Source: Burkholderiales bacterium
GTDB lineage: Bacteria; Pseudomonadota; Gammaproteobacteria; Burkholderiales; Usitatibacteraceae
DNA length: 55,162 bases
Direction of reading: 5' to 3'
Assembly: GCA_025359285.1 (NCBI GenBank)
Contig: JANYGV010000315.1
Span: forward strand, 1 to 55,162
Positions 1 to 9,659 of the stretch are shown here, piece after piece (the stretch's first letter is position 1; each line of letters starts with the position of its first letter). The position numbers and the translations under genes are program-made. The notes below the pieces were generated by a model. It was not told the origin of the DNA, did not search any database, and saw only the letters and a list, made by a program, of their open reading frames with translations.

Positions 1-693
1 TTGCCGGTGGTGATCAATCCTCACGGTGGCCCATGGGCGCGCGACGTATGGGGCTACAACGCGGAAGTACAGCTATTGGCAAATCGTGGCTATGCAGTTT
101 TGCAAATGAATTTTCGCGGCTCGACCGGCTATGGACGCAAATTTTGGGAAGCCTCATTCCGCCAGTGGGGACGCGCGATGCAGGATGACATTACCGATGG
201 CGTGCAGTGGTTAATTAAGGAAGGCGTGGCCGATCCCAAGCGAGTTGCCATTTACGGTGGCAGCTACGGCGGCTATGCGACTTTGGCGGGGGTCACGTTG
301 ACGCCGGATTTATACGCGGCCGCGGTGAATTATGTGGGCGTCTCCAATATGTTCACGTTTATGAAAACGATTCCGCCTTATTGGGAACCGCTGCGCGAAA
401 TGTTCTACGAAATGGTGGGCAATCCGGAAAAGGATGAGGCTTATTTGCGCGCAGTTTCGCCGGTGTTTTTGGTCGATAAAATTAAAACACCCTTGTTTGT
501 TGCACAAGGCGCGCGCGATCCGCGTGTGAACAAGGCGGAGTCAGATCAGATTGTGGAAGCGCTGAAAAAACGCGGTGTAGCCGTTGAATACATGCTGAAA
601 GAAAATGAAGGCCATGGCTTTCGTAACCAGGAAAATCAGTTTGAATTTTATGAAGCGATGGACAAATTTTTGGCAATACATTTGAAAAAATAG
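1..693 (+). CDS. S9-family serine peptidase (prolyl oligopeptidase / acylaminoacyl-peptidase-like), C-terminal catalytic domain. The 5' end lies outside the window.
   Basis: The ORF enters from the window edge. It has a GGSYGG nucleophile elbow (GxSxG), a later ARDPRV Asp and a GHGF His, as in the alpha/beta-hydrolase triad of S9 peptidases. Confidence 0.85.
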   Translation: MPVVINPHGGPWARDVWGYNAEVQLLANRGYAVLQMNFRGSTGYGRKFWEASFRQWGRAMQDDITDGVQWLIKEGVADPKRVAIYGGSYGGYATLAGVTLTPDLYAAAVNYVGVSNMFTFMKTIPPYWEPLREMFYEMVGNPEKDEAYLRAVSPVFLVDKIKTPLFVAQGARDPRVNKAESDQIVEALKKRGVAVEYMLKENEGHGFRNQENQFEFYEAMDKFLAIHLKK

Positions 694-717
694 ATTTTTA
701 AATCGTTGATAGCGAAA

Positions 718-757
718 GCATGAGCCCGACACGCGAATTGTCGGGCTCATGCTTTTT
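718..757 (+). terminator. Rho-independent terminator after the peptidase gene
   Basis: Perfect 13-bp stem gcatgagcccgac / gtcgggctcatgc (718-730 / 740-752), a 9-nt loop, then TTTTT (753-757). Confidence 0.85.
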
Positions 758-803
758 CAAGGCATTTCTACACAAGCGCTTGCTGAATGAATAAACTCAA
801 TAC

Positions 804-1679
804 ATGACCAAACTTAAAGCCGCAGGTGCATCAACCCACGCGCCATCACCCGCACCCGCCTACGATGTTCGGCCCGGCCAATCCATCGAGCTGCTGAAAG
901 AACTGCATATCCTGACCCGCGACGGGCGGATGAATCAAGACAGTCAGCGAAAGCTGAAGCAGGTCTATCACTTGTTTCAATTCATAGAGCCGCTGTTGAA
1001 TGAAATTTCTGCTGCACAACCCGATATAACTCTGGTCGATCACGGCGCGGGCAAGTCGTACCTTGGCTTTATTTTGTATGATTTGTTTTTTAAATCACGC
1101 GAGGATCAAAGTCATATTTTTGGCATCGATACCCGTGACGATCTGGTGCAGAAATCGCGGGCGCTGGCTGCGAAGCTGGGTTTTCCGCGCATGTCGTTTG
1201 TTAATTTGTCGGCTGCCGCCTCAATTGCATCACAACAATTGCCCGCGCATATTGATATCGTGACGGCGCTTCACGCCTGCAATACTGCCACCGATGACGC
1301 GATTCATTTTGCGTTAACGAAAAAAGCCAAGTTTGTTGTTCTGGTGCCTTGCTGCCAGGCAGAAGTTGCCTCGATTTTCAATAAGCACAAAGGCGCTGCG
1401 CTGGCCAAAAGTGCGTTGACAGAAATATGGCGCCATCCCTTGCACACGCGCGAATTTGGCAGCCAGATTACCAATGTGTTGCGCTGCCTGCAGCTGGAGG
1501 CACACGGTTATCAAGTGACGGTCACCGAGCTTATCGGCTGGGAACATTCAATGAAAAACGAGCTCATCATCGCCACATACAAAAACTTACCGCGCCGCCG
1601 CCCGACCGAACGCCTACATGAAGTGCTGGAGACCTTGGGCCTAGGCGAAATGCGGAACAGGTTTTTTACGCCGGTTTGA
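804..1679 (+). CDS. Class I SAM-dependent methyltransferase (Methyltransf_32-like)
   Basis: Contains VDHGAGKSYLG (a glycine-rich SAM-binding motif I) and ALHACNTATDDAI, typical of this uncharacterised methyltransferase family. 291 aa. Confidence 0.7.
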   Translation: MTKLKAAGASTHAPSPAPAYDVRPGQSIELLKELHILTRDGRMNQDSQRKLKQVYHLFQFIEPLLNEISAAQPDITLVDHGAGKSYLGFILYDLFFKSREDQSHIFGIDTRDDLVQKSRALAAKLGFPRMSFVNLSAAASIASQQLPAHIDIVTALHACNTATDDAIHFALTKKAKFVVLVPCCQAEVASIFNKHKGAALAKSALTEIWRHPLHTREFGSQITNVLRCLQLEAHGYQVTVTELIGWEHSMKNELIIATYKNLPRRRPTERLHEVLETLGLGEMRNRFFTPV

Positions 1680-1710
1680 CACCAGCTGCGCGATAGCGTA
1701 ATTTCACATT

Positions 1711-1780
1711 GCGCCGATTTGAAGATCAGCTTGCGGGCGCGGGGATATTTAATACCCCCAACAAATACGGCTAAAGCGGC
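1711..1780 (+). promoter_or_regulatory. Candidate SAM-II-type riboswitch in the metX leader
   Basis: P1-like helix GCCGATTTG (1713-1721) pairs with CAAAT(A)CGGC (1762-1771), with one bulged A. It encloses GCTTGC plus a GGGG...CCCC hairpin. A 3' AAAGC (1773-1777) can pair with GCTT (1729-1732) as a pseudoknot. The element order CGAUUU / GCUUGC / CAAC / AAAGC matches my recollection of the SAM-II (metA/metX) consensus. No covariance-model scan was done. Confidence 0.45.
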
Positions 1781-1795
1781 TATCTGAAATTATAG

Positions 1796-1830
1796 AAAGC
1801 CCGCCAGTCCAAACTGATCGGGCTTTTTGT
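1796..1830 (+). terminator. Hairpin plus U-tract immediately upstream of the metX start. It is either a terminator for the methyltransferase gene or an attenuator for the metX leader.
   Basis: Stem aaagcccg / cgggcttt (1796-1803 / 1819-1826), a 15-nt loop, then a T-run at 1824-1828 and gttgttt. Confidence 0.55.
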
Positions 1831-1833
1831 TGT

Positions 1834-3015
1834 TTGGAAATTATGATCGCGTCGCCTTTAAAAATGCTCTTTACCGAACCGCTCAAGCTGGCTAGCGGTG
1901 CTGTATTGAGTGAGTACAGTTTGGCGTTTGAGACCTACGGAAACCTGAACCCGCAAAAAACCAACGCGGTGCTGATTTGTCATGCCCTCAATGCGTCGCA
2001 TCACGTGGCCGGTGTTTACGAGGATCAAGCCAAAAGTGAAGGCTGGTGGGACAACATGGTAGGCCCCGGAAAGCCGGTTGATACTGACCACTTTTTTGTA
2101 ATCGGCGTCAATAATCTGGGCTCGTGTTTTGGCTCTACCGGACCGCTCTCAACGAATCCCGCCACAGGGAAACCGTACGGCGCGGATTTTCCGATGGTAA
2201 CAGTAGAGGACTGGGTGGATTCGCATGTGCGACTGCTCGATCAGCTAGGCATCCGCCAGCTTGCCGCGGTAATGGGCGGCTCGCTGGGCGGCATGCAGGC
2301 GATGTGTTTGAGCTATCGCTATCCGGATCGCGTCCGACACGCCATCGTGATCGCGGCCGCGCCTAATTTGTCAGCGCAGAATATTGCGTTTAATGAGGTC
2401 GCACGGCAAGCGATCATGACCGATCCGGATTTCTACGGTGGTCATTTTGAGACCAAAAACACGGTGCCGAAAAATGGTTTGATGGTGGCACGCATGATTG
2501 GCCACATTACCTATATTTCGGACGATCAGATGGAAACAAAATTTGGGCGGGGGCTGAGTGAAAAAAGTGAAAAAAGCGAAGACAGCAGCAAGCCGCAAAC
2601 AGAAAGTGTTGCCGGCCTAAAATTTTCCTTTGAACCTGAATTTCAGATTGAATCTTATTTGCGATATCAAGGCGAGAAGTTTTCACGCTATTACGACGCA
2701 AACACATATTTGCGCGTTACCAAGGCGCTCGATTATTTTGATCCTGCGGCGGAACATGGCGGTGATCTGGCAAAGGCGTTTGCTCCGGCCACCGCCCAGT
2801 TTTTGGTCATTTCATTCACCACCGATTGGCGGTTCTCGCCAGCGCGTTCCCGCGAAATAGTGAAGGCCTTGCTTGACGACAAGAAGGATGTGACCTACGC
2901 GGAAATTGACGCGCCGCACGGCCACGATGCGTTTTTGCTCGACAACGCGCTCTATCACCGCACGGTGCGCGCCTACTTTGAACATGCTGTCATTGCCAGC
3001 GAGGCAACTGCATGA
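1834..3015 (+). CDS. metX: Homoserine O-acyltransferase MetX (O-acetyl/O-succinyl type)
   Basis: Contains [21 protein letters not shown] (nucleophile elbow), FTTDWRFSP and HGHDAFLL motifs, and is followed by metW. The start is either TTG 1834 or ATG 1843. Confidence 0.95.
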   Translation: MEIMIASPLKMLFTEPLKLASGAVLSEYSLAFETYGNLNPQKTNAVLICHALNASHHVAGVYEDQAKSEGWWDNMVGPGKPVDTDHFFVIGVNNLGSCFGSTGPLSTNPATGKPYGADFPMVTVEDWVDSHVRLLDQLGIRQLAAVMGGSLGGMQAMCLSYRYPDRVRHAIVIAAAPNLSAQNIAFNEVARQAIMTDPDFYGGHFETKNTVPKNGLMVARMIGHITYISDDQMETKFGRGLSEKSEKSEDSSKPQTESVAGLKFSFEPEFQIESYLRYQGEKFSRYYDANTYLRVTKALDYFDPAAEHGGDLAKAFAPATAQFLVISFTTDWRFSPARSREIVKALLDDKKDVTYAEIDAPHGHDAFLLDNALYHRTVRAYFEHAVIASEATA

Positions 3016-3611
3016 TTACGCGCGCGGATTTTGAGGCTATTGCAGCGTGGATTCCGATGGGGTCACGGGTATTGGATCTGGGTTGTGGAGACGGCTCGCT
3101 GCTCGCTTATTTAAAGGCCACGCGCAACGTCGACGGCTACGGGATTGAGAACGACGGCGCCTCGATTGTGCGTTGCATCCAAACGGGTGTGAACGTGATT
3201 CAAATGAATATTGAATCCGGTATGAAAGAAATTGCGGATCAATCGTTTGACATCGTGATTCTCTCGCAAACACTGCAGGCCATGAAGCGCACGGAAAGCG
3301 TGGTCGCAGATATGTTGCGAGTGGGGCGCGAGGCGATTGTGACCTTTCCCAATTTTGGCTATTGGCGGCATCGCGTACAAATTGCGCTTGGCGGGCACAT
3401 GCCAGTGTCTAACGACCTACCGTATCAGTGGTTTGACACACCCAACGTGCATCTGTGCACGATTGCTGATTTTGAGGCGTTTTGCCGAGATCGAAAATAC
3501 CGCTTACTGGGTCGGATGGTGTTTAACCACGAGCGGGAATTAACAGTCTTGCCCAACCTGCTTGGCACACTGGCGCTGTATCGGCTCATGCGCGATCGAG
3601 CGCCGACATAA
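3012..3611 (+). CDS. metW: Methionine biosynthesis protein MetW
   Basis: The start overlaps the metX stop (ATGA). It has a [14 protein letters not shown]-fold motif, is 199 aa, and shows the conserved metXW pairing. Confidence 0.92.
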   Translation: MITRADFEAIAAWIPMGSRVLDLGCGDGSLLAYLKATRNVDGYGIENDGASIVRCIQTGVNVIQMNIESGMKEIADQSFDIVILSQTLQAMKRTESVVADMLRVGREAIVTFPNFGYWRHRVQIALGGHMPVSNDLPYQWFDTPNVHLCTIADFEAFCRDRKYRLLGRMVFNHERELTVLPNLLGTLALYRLMRDRAPT

Positions 3612-3722
3612 TCGGCGCTAACGACCGGCGACTAAATTTACCAGGTCATGATTGCGCTGTGAGCGTTTGAACGTTAAGCGCTTTAATCCCCAATCTGCAA
3701 ATCAAACCCATGAAAGTAAACG

Positions 3723-3756
3723 ATCCAGCGTACGCGGCTGGATCGTTATTTTTTGC
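3723..3756 (+). terminator. Rho-independent terminator after metW
   Basis: Stem atccagc / gctggat (3723-3729 / 3737-3743), loop gtacgcg, followed by cgttatttttt. Confidence 0.7.
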
Positions 3757-3757
3757 G

Positions 3758-4462
3758 TTATTTCCGCTTCGTCACCGGCGGAGGCGCGGGTGGTGGGTCC
3801 AGCTCATTGGCCAGCACCGCGTATCTCAGCAGCTCGGAAGTCGTGCGGGTTCCAAGTTTGCGTTTGATATTGGCACGGTGCACATCAATCGTGCGAATGC
3901 TCAAGCCCAGCATCTGCGCTATATTCTTGCTCGATAAGCCGCGGCCGATATAACGAAAGACTTCTTTTTCACGCACCGACAAAGTCGCCGAGCGAGGGCG
4001 GAACATGGCTGAGGAGTCAGAACCATAACCAAATTCCGACTCTGGTTGGACTGTTTGCGCTTTTGCGCTGGCGGACCAAAATTCCTTGCCGTTGGCCACT
4101 GCGGTGATGGCGTCTGCCAAGTCTTTCGTGACGCTCATTTTGGACACGAGGCCGTGTGCGCCGGCATCGCGCGACGACTTGATTGCGGCTGGCGTATCAA
4201 AGCCGGAAAGCATCAACATTCGCGTGTCGGGGAATTCGTGATGCACGGTGCGAGCCAGATCAACACCGCTCATGGCGGGCAACATGATGTCGGACAGCAG
4301 CAGGTTTACGGGGGAGTGGCGCATGTGATGCAGCGCGGCTTCGGCTGAGTTTGCTTCAAATACAAGTGCATACCCACGCAGCGAGCGAATAAAGGCCGCC
4401 AGGCCAGCGCGCATCATGGGGTGGTCATCTACTAATCCGACTAGGATATTGGATTTACTCAT
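3758..4462 (-). CDS. NarL/FixJ (LuxR-type HTH) response regulator with no adjacent kinase (orphan)
   Basis: The receiver has VDDHP, LLLSDIMLP (phospho-Asp) and a conserved Lys. The C-terminal LuxR HTH reads LSVREKEVFRYIGRGLSSKNIAQMLGLSIRTIDVHRANIKRKL. I prefer the ATG at 4462 (MSKSNILV), which has GGAG upstream, over the longer track ORF ending at 4549. Confidence 0.9.
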   Translation of the reverse strand: MSKSNILVGLVDDHPMMRAGLAAFIRSLRGYALVFEANSAEAALHHMRHSPVNLLLSDIMLPAMSGVDLARTVHHEFPDTRMLMLSGFDTPAAIKSSRDAGAHGLVSKMSVTKDLADAITAVANGKEFWSASAKAQTVQPESEFGYGSDSSAMFRPRSATLSVREKEVFRYIGRGLSSKNIAQMLGLSIRTIDVHRANIKRKLGTRTTSELLRYAVLANELDPPPAPPPVTKRK

Positions 4463-5226
4463 GGAATTATTGCTCCAGATAAAGAACGCGCTATTGGCTA
4501 GCGCATAGGCACTGCGTCTGTTGGAAGCGCGACAGGATCTTAAAGGCAAAGCAGCTTGGTAAGCGATGCGAAAGCTGAGGCTTCAGCTTCGGGCTCAAAT
4601 GCATCATGCCGACCCACAGTTAAAGGGCAGCGTGACCAAACAAGTTGTCGTACACCATAAAACATTCGGGGCGAATGCTGCACAGCCGATATTTGGCGAT
4701 GACGGCAATGGCAACATCACGCTCCAAACTCTGCGCGCGGATCGGGCGGTTTTACCGCTCACATTTTTTATCACTATCATAAGAATTTACTTTCCCGACT
4801 ACAGCCAGTTTCGTTCTACACAACGGAAGGGACTGACAGAGCCGCGAGAATTCCCCGGCGTGGGCAATGAAAAACAACAAATCGCTGCCTACGATTTTTG
4901 TACGGCGATATTTCAAAAATAGTTATACCATCATGCGTACGCACAAAGCGTTGTGCTTAGTCAACTATTGTTAACTTATTTTTTACCTTGTTTTCCTTAT
5001 TTCCCGCCCTGGGCGGGCGGCCGCGGCGGATGATGAATCGTCAGCGCAACGGCATCGAATGGGACCAAACGGTGGCAACGAGCAATCAACGACGTTGCCG
5101 TCAGACCGAATGTTGCTGACCAAGCAACAAAATATAGATTAATTCAGGTTAGTTAATACAAGCCACACAAAAGCCAGGGTCTCCAAAATCTCTTGTGGCG
5201 CTGGGTCAGCCTAGTCTGGGAAAGAT

Positions 5227-7212
5227 TTATGCCGCGTCTTCTTCCAGCTTTTGCTGAACATCCAGCCATTCCCATTCAACGTCGGAAATTTCAGCGACTA
5301 CCTCGCCTTGGCGCTTGAGCATTTCTTGCAGGCGAGGTTTGTTACCGTCAGCGTATGCATCTTCGGTCGCCAGCCGTTGCTCGATATTGTCGCGTTCCGC
5401 AGTAGCCGCTTTAAGCTTTTTTTCGAGTTCAGCGAGCTTTTGCTCGAGCGGTTTGCGCGCCCCGGATTTTTTCTGTCGGACTTCGGCATCGGCACGCTTC
5501 TGGTCTTTGCGGTCCGGAGCGCCGCCAGCAATCTCTAGCACCAGCGCTGGGTTTGGCGCATTTTTGCTTGGAGACACGCTTACAGGCTTGATGTCGACTT
5601 TTTTTAGCCGACGCTTGGCGTAATCTTTTGCCCACTTTTTATAGTCGTCGAGGTCGCCTTCAAATTCGCCAACTTTGCCATCTGCAACCAGCCATAACTG
5701 ATCCGCACAGGCTTTCAATAAATGTCGATCATGGGCGACCACGACCAACGTTCCCTCAAAATCTTGCAGCGCTTCCGCTACCGCTTCGCGCATCTCGATA
5801 TCAAGGTGATTGGTTGGCTCGTCCAGCAACAATAAATTCGGTTTTTGCCATACTAACAATGCCAAAGCAAGCCGCGCTTTTTCGCCGCCTGAAAACGGCG
5901 CAATTGCCGAATCAGCGTTCTTGCCGCGGAAATCAAATCCGCCTAAAAAATCGCGGAATTCTTGTTCGCGCGTGGTCGGGTCCAGCCGTCGCAAATGATG
6001 AATCGGTGATTCATCCAATCGCAGCTGCTCGATTTGATGCTGCGCAAAATAACCAATCTTCAGTCCCTGGCCCTCGAATCGCCCGCCGTGCTGCAACGCC
6101 AGCGTTGCCGCCAACGATTTGACCAATGTGGATTTGCCCGCGCCGTTCGGCCCCAGCAAGCCAATTTTGTCACCATAAAATAATCGCCATTCCACGTTTT
6201 TCAGAATCGTTTTTTCGCCCGTGGCGGTTTTATAGCCAAGATCAGCTTCCTTCAAATGCAAGAGCTGGCGCGGCTTGGCGACCGGTTCGCGAAACGAAAA
6301 CGAAAACGGTGAATCCACGTGCGCGGCCGCAATCAACTCCATCCGCTCCAGCGTTTTGATCCGCGATTGCGCCTGCTTGGCCTTGGTCGCTTTCGCTTTG
6401 AATCGATCAATAAACGACTGCAAATGCGCGACCTGCCGCTGCTGTTTGATGTAGGCCGCACCCTGCAACGACAACTGCATCGCCCGCGTGCGCTCGAAGG
6501 TGGAGTAGTTGCCGCCGTATTCATTCAGCTTTTGCTGATCCAGATGCACAATGGTTTTCACCACCGCATCCAAAAAATCACGGTCGTGGGTGATGAGCAA
6601 TAACGTACCGGGATAGGCCGCCAGCCAATCTTCCATCCACATCACCGCATCTAAATCCAGATGGTTGGTCGGCTCATCAAGCAGCAGCAAATCGGAGCGA
6701 CACATCAGCGCCTGCGCCAAGTTCAAACGCATCCGCCAACCGCCGGAAAAAGAGGCCACTTCCTGCGCCATTTGCTCATCGGTAAACCCCAAGCCGGACA
6801 GCAATGACGCTGCGCGCGAATTCGCCTGATAACCACCGATATGATCGTACTGCTCGTGCAGCTCGGCCAGCCGCTCGCCGGATTTATCATCATCGGTGTG
6901 CTCAGCTTCCGCGACATCAAGCTGCGCTTCCAAATCACGCAGCTCTTTATCGCCGTCCATCGTGTATTCGAGGGCTGAGCGATGCGAATGTGGGGTCTCT
7001 TGCGCAACATGCGCGACCACCCATTTTGCTGGCATTTCAAAATCACCCGCATCCGGCGTGACCTTATGCAGCAACAACGAAAACAAGCTCGATTTGCCCG
7101 CGCCATTCGGCCCGATTAGGCCCACTTTATGCCCCGCGAAAAGCGTTAAATTCGCCCCCTCCAGCAATCGTTTTGCGCCGCGCGCTAGGGTGAGATTGGT
7201 AAGTTTCAACAT
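5227..7212 (-). CDS. yheS: ABC-F family ATPase, YheS-like
   Basis: It has two ABC cassettes, each with a Walker A (GPNGAGKSS / GPNGAGKST), a signature (FSGGWRMR / FSGGEKAR) and a Walker B (LLLLDEPTNHLD). It also has a charged coiled-coil C-terminus, no TM domain, and strong similarity to E. coli YheS as I recall it. Confidence 0.88.
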   Translation of the reverse strand: MLKLTNLTLARGAKRLLEGANLTLFAGHKVGLIGPNGAGKSSLFSLLLHKVTPDAGDFEMPAKWVVAHVAQETPHSHRSALEYTMDGDKELRDLEAQLDVAEAEHTDDDKSGERLAELHEQYDHIGGYQANSRAASLLSGLGFTDEQMAQEVASFSGGWRMRLNLAQALMCRSDLLLLDEPTNHLDLDAVMWMEDWLAAYPGTLLLITHDRDFLDAVVKTIVHLDQQKLNEYGGNYSTFERTRAMQLSLQGAAYIKQQRQVAHLQSFIDRFKAKATKAKQAQSRIKTLERMELIAAAHVDSPFSFSFREPVAKPRQLLHLKEADLGYKTATGEKTILKNVEWRLFYGDKIGLLGPNGAGKSTLVKSLAATLALQHGGRFEGQGLKIGYFAQHQIEQLRLDESPIHHLRRLDPTTREQEFRDFLGGFDFRGKNADSAIAPFSGGEKARLALALLVWQKPNLLLLDEPTNHLDIEMREAVAEALQDFEGTLVVVAHDRHLLKACADQLWLVADGKVGEFEGDLDDYKKWAKDYAKRRLKKVDIKPVSVSPSKNAPNPALVLEIAGGAPDRKDQKRADAEVRQKKSGARKPLEQKLAELEKKLKAATAERDNIEQRLATEDAYADGNKPRLQEMLKRQGEVVAEISDVEWEWLDVQQKLEEDAA

Positions 7213-7308
7213 AAATTCAACACTGCTTTTTGTAAGGTTTTTCGTTTATCTTTTTACAATTTTTAACTGATTAAGCTCGACAAAAGTAGGGGTACACTTT
7301 TGTCGAAA

Positions 7309-8082
7309 CTAAAGCTCGTAATCGTAATCAATCGACAGCGGCGCATGATCTGAAAACCGCTCATCTTTATAAATTCGCGCGTACTCCGCACAAGCTGCGA
7401 TCGCTGGCGTGGCGATGTGATAATCGATTCGCCAACCCACGTTTTTTTCATATGCAGCGCCGCGATTCGACCACCACGTGTATTGATCCGGCAACGGAAT
7501 CAGGCGGCGAAAAACATCCACATAGCCGACCTCATCAAATAATTTCGTCAGCCATTCGCGCTCTTCGGGCAAAAATCCGGAATTCTTTTTGTTACCGCGC
7601 CAGTTTTTTAAATCGATTTCTTTATGGGCAATATTCCAATCGCCGACGATCACAAATTCGCGTCCGCTGGCTTTCAGGGCTTGCAGGTGCGGCATGAAGG
7701 CGTCCATAAATCGAAATTTCTTCGCTTGCGATTCTTCTGAGGCCGAACCGGACGGCACGTAGAGCGAAATAATGCTCAAGTTACCAAAATCAGCCTGCAA
7801 AAATCGTCCTTCTGCGTCAATCCAGGCAATGCCGGTGCCCATTTGTACGCGATCCGGCTCACGCTTCGAGTACAGCGCCACGCCCGCATAGCCTTTTTTA
7901 TCCGCTGGATGATAAAACGCATGCCAGCCTTTCCAAGCTTGCGCCGCCTCGGGGATGTCGCTCTCCAGGGCTTTGATCTCCTGAAAACAGATAACGTCCG
8001 CCTTCTGGCGCTTCAGCCATGTGAACATGCCCTTGGTCGTCGCAGAACGGATACCGTTACAGTTCGCCGTGATAATTCGCAT
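7309..8082 (-). CDS. xthA: Exodeoxyribonuclease III
   Basis: Has the MRIITANCNGIRSA N-terminus, the CFQEIK and GDWNIAH motifs, and a C-terminal SDHAP. 257 aa. Confidence 0.93.
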   Translation of the reverse strand: MRIITANCNGIRSATTKGMFTWLKRQKADVICFQEIKALESDIPEAAQAWKGWHAFYHPADKKGYAGVALYSKREPDRVQMGTGIAWIDAEGRFLQADFGNLSIISLYVPSGSASEESQAKKFRFMDAFMPHLQALKASGREFVIVGDWNIAHKEIDLKNWRGNKKNSGFLPEEREWLTKLFDEVGYVDVFRRLIPLPDQYTWWSNRGAAYEKNVGWRIDYHIATPAIAACAEYARIYKDERFSDHAPLSIDYDYEL

Positions 8083-8158
8083 AGAAAATTTGAAAAAATT
8101 GAAAAATTAAAGCAGAAACGCGATTATCCTTCATCTATCACCTTTTGATTGTTAATTC

Positions 8159-8839
8159 ATGACTGTATTCGCGACCCCAACTGCCGATTTTCGTCAACAA
8201 TTTGTAGAGTTCGCTATTCGCCAAGAAGCGCTTTGTTTTGGTGAATTCAAAACCAAGGCGGGCCGCCTATCCCCGTATTTTTTTAATTCCGGGCTTTTCA
8301 GCGATGGCGAATCGCTCGCACAACTCACTCATTTTTACGCCCAAGCGGCACTCGCATCGGGACTCAAAATCGATACCGTCTTTGGCCCGGCCTACAAGGG
8401 CATTACGCTGGCCGCAGGCACCGCCATGGCGATGGCCAATCTGGGCCATAACCGACCGTTTTGCTATAACCGTAAAGAGGCCAAAGACCACGGCGAAGGC
8501 GGGCTGATTGTGGGGGCCCCGCTATCGGGCAATGTGCTGATTGTTGACGACGTGATTTCCGACGGCGCGTCCAAGCGCGAATCAGTCGACCTGATCCTCG
8601 CTGCCGGTGCCACCCCAATCGGCGTATTAATTGCTTTAGATCGTCAAGAGATAGGCGCAAAAGCAGATAGCACCCAGTCTGCCGCACAAGAATTCAACCA
8701 AACCACGGGTATTCCCGTTATAGCCGTAGCGACACTCGCAGATATCGTGGCATATCTGGAAAAAAATGCAGAAACCAAACAAAGCGATAAACTTCAGGCT
8801 ATTGAAGCGTATCGAAAGCAGTACGGCGCAGCAATTTAA
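8159..8839 (+). CDS. pyrE: Orotate phosphoribosyltransferase
   Basis: Contains FGEFKTKAGRLSPYFFN, GPAYKGI and the PRPP-binding loop VLIVDDVISDG. Confidence 0.93.
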   Translation: MTVFATPTADFRQQFVEFAIRQEALCFGEFKTKAGRLSPYFFNSGLFSDGESLAQLTHFYAQAALASGLKIDTVFGPAYKGITLAAGTAMAMANLGHNRPFCYNRKEAKDHGEGGLIVGAPLSGNVLIVDDVISDGASKRESVDLILAAGATPIGVLIALDRQEIGAKADSTQSAAQEFNQTTGIPVIAVATLADIVAYLEKNAETKQSDKLQAIEAYRKQYGAAI

Positions 8840-8850
8840 TTTAACAATCT

Positions 8851-9576
8851 ATGAGCTTTCTGAGTCGATCCTTTTTTTACCTCATCCTCGGCGTAGCCAT
8901 GGCCGCACCGCTACCCGCGCTTGCGGTGTTCAAGTGCGTGGATGAGAAAGGCTTTACGCACTATGGCGACACGATGCCACCACAATGCGCCAAGCGTGAC
9001 GTGATCGAATATGGCAGCGGCGGCGAGATCGTGCAGCGAATCAATGCGCCGCTGAGCGTTGAGCAAGTACGCAGCCGTGATGAAGCGCGCGCCAAACACA
9101 GCGAAGAGCAGCGAAAAGTAGGCGAACAGCGCGCCCGCGACCTAGCTTTGATTGGCACCTATGGCGCTGACCGAGAGTTTGATGTGTCCCGGGACGCAAT
9201 CATTGTCGAACTGGCCGCGCGTAAAACCACGCTGGCAACCCGCGTTTCCGAGGTCGAGAAACTCCTGCAAAAATATAACGCCGAGTTGGAGTTTTATCAG
9301 GCGGGCAAAGGTAAAAACGCCAAAGCCAAAGAGCCGCCCCCACAACTCACGCAAGACATTGACCGCGCGAAAGCAGATATCGTTAGCCTGAACCGGGCGA
9401 TGGAGCGATTGGACGATGACAAAGAGGCGGTGACCAACCGCTTCGATGCTGAAAAAGCCCGTTGGAAACGCCTTAAAACCGGCATGGCGCCTGGCACCAT
9501 TCTCGACAAGCAAGGCAACGTGGCGATTGAGCCCGAAGCGCCTAAAAAAACGATTTCGACTATTGTGCCGAAATAA
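8851..9576 (+). CDS. DUF4124-type secreted coiled-coil protein
   Basis: Signal peptide, then VFKCVDEKGFTHYGDTMP (DUF4124 signature), followed by charged coiled-coil sequence. Confidence 0.7.
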   Translation: MSFLSRSFFYLILGVAMAAPLPALAVFKCVDEKGFTHYGDTMPPQCAKRDVIEYGSGGEIVQRINAPLSVEQVRSRDEARAKHSEEQRKVGEQRARDLALIGTYGADREFDVSRDAIIVELAARKTTLATRVSEVEKLLQKYNAELEFYQAGKGKNAKAKEPPPQLTQDIDRAKADIVSLNRAMERLDDDKEAVTNRFDAEKARWKRLKTGMAPGTILDKQGNVAIEPEAPKKTISTIVPK

Positions 9577-9623
9577 AATCTTGCCCCGTTTTCAACCCTG
9601 CTGTTTTGTATCGCGCGCTCGTA

Positions 9624-9659
9624 CTACGTCGAAAGCTACGTCGAAAGCTACGTCGAAAG
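9624..9659. repeat. Perfect 12-bp tandem repeat x3 (ctacgtcgaaag) spanning the gatB stop codon
   Basis: Read directly: the copies lie at 9624-9635, 9636-9647 and 9648-9659. On the minus strand each unit carries an in-frame TAG. Confidence 0.95.

Noticed and set aside
2548-2615. A Ser/Glu/Lys-rich insertion in MetX ([18 protein letters not shown]) with a short direct repeat (gtgaaaaaag/gtgaaaaaag).
   Set aside because: It is in frame, lies in a region of MetX that is variable among homologues, and leaves the flanking conserved motifs intact. It is most likely a neutral loop expansion.
4566-4922. A 118-aa plus-strand ORF in the large gap upstream of the LuxR-type regulator.
   Set aside because: It has no RBS and no recognisable motif, its composition is atypical, and it runs into an AT-rich promoter-like region. 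I treat it as non-coding pending conservation data (see the finding on 4463-5226).
5030-5119. A 29-codon ORF (MMNRQRNGIEWDQTVATSNQRRCRQTECC) overlapping the hairpin cluster.
   Set aside because: There is no spacing to any Shine-Dalgarno sequence, and the sequence is explained equally well by GC-rich stem-loops. Nothing supports a peptide.
9624-9659. Whether the short perfect repeats here, or at 47390-47436, could be a CRISPR array.
   Set aside because: The units are 12 bp and 6 bp and are directly tandem with no spacers, and there are no cas genes in the window. They are simple tandem repeats.
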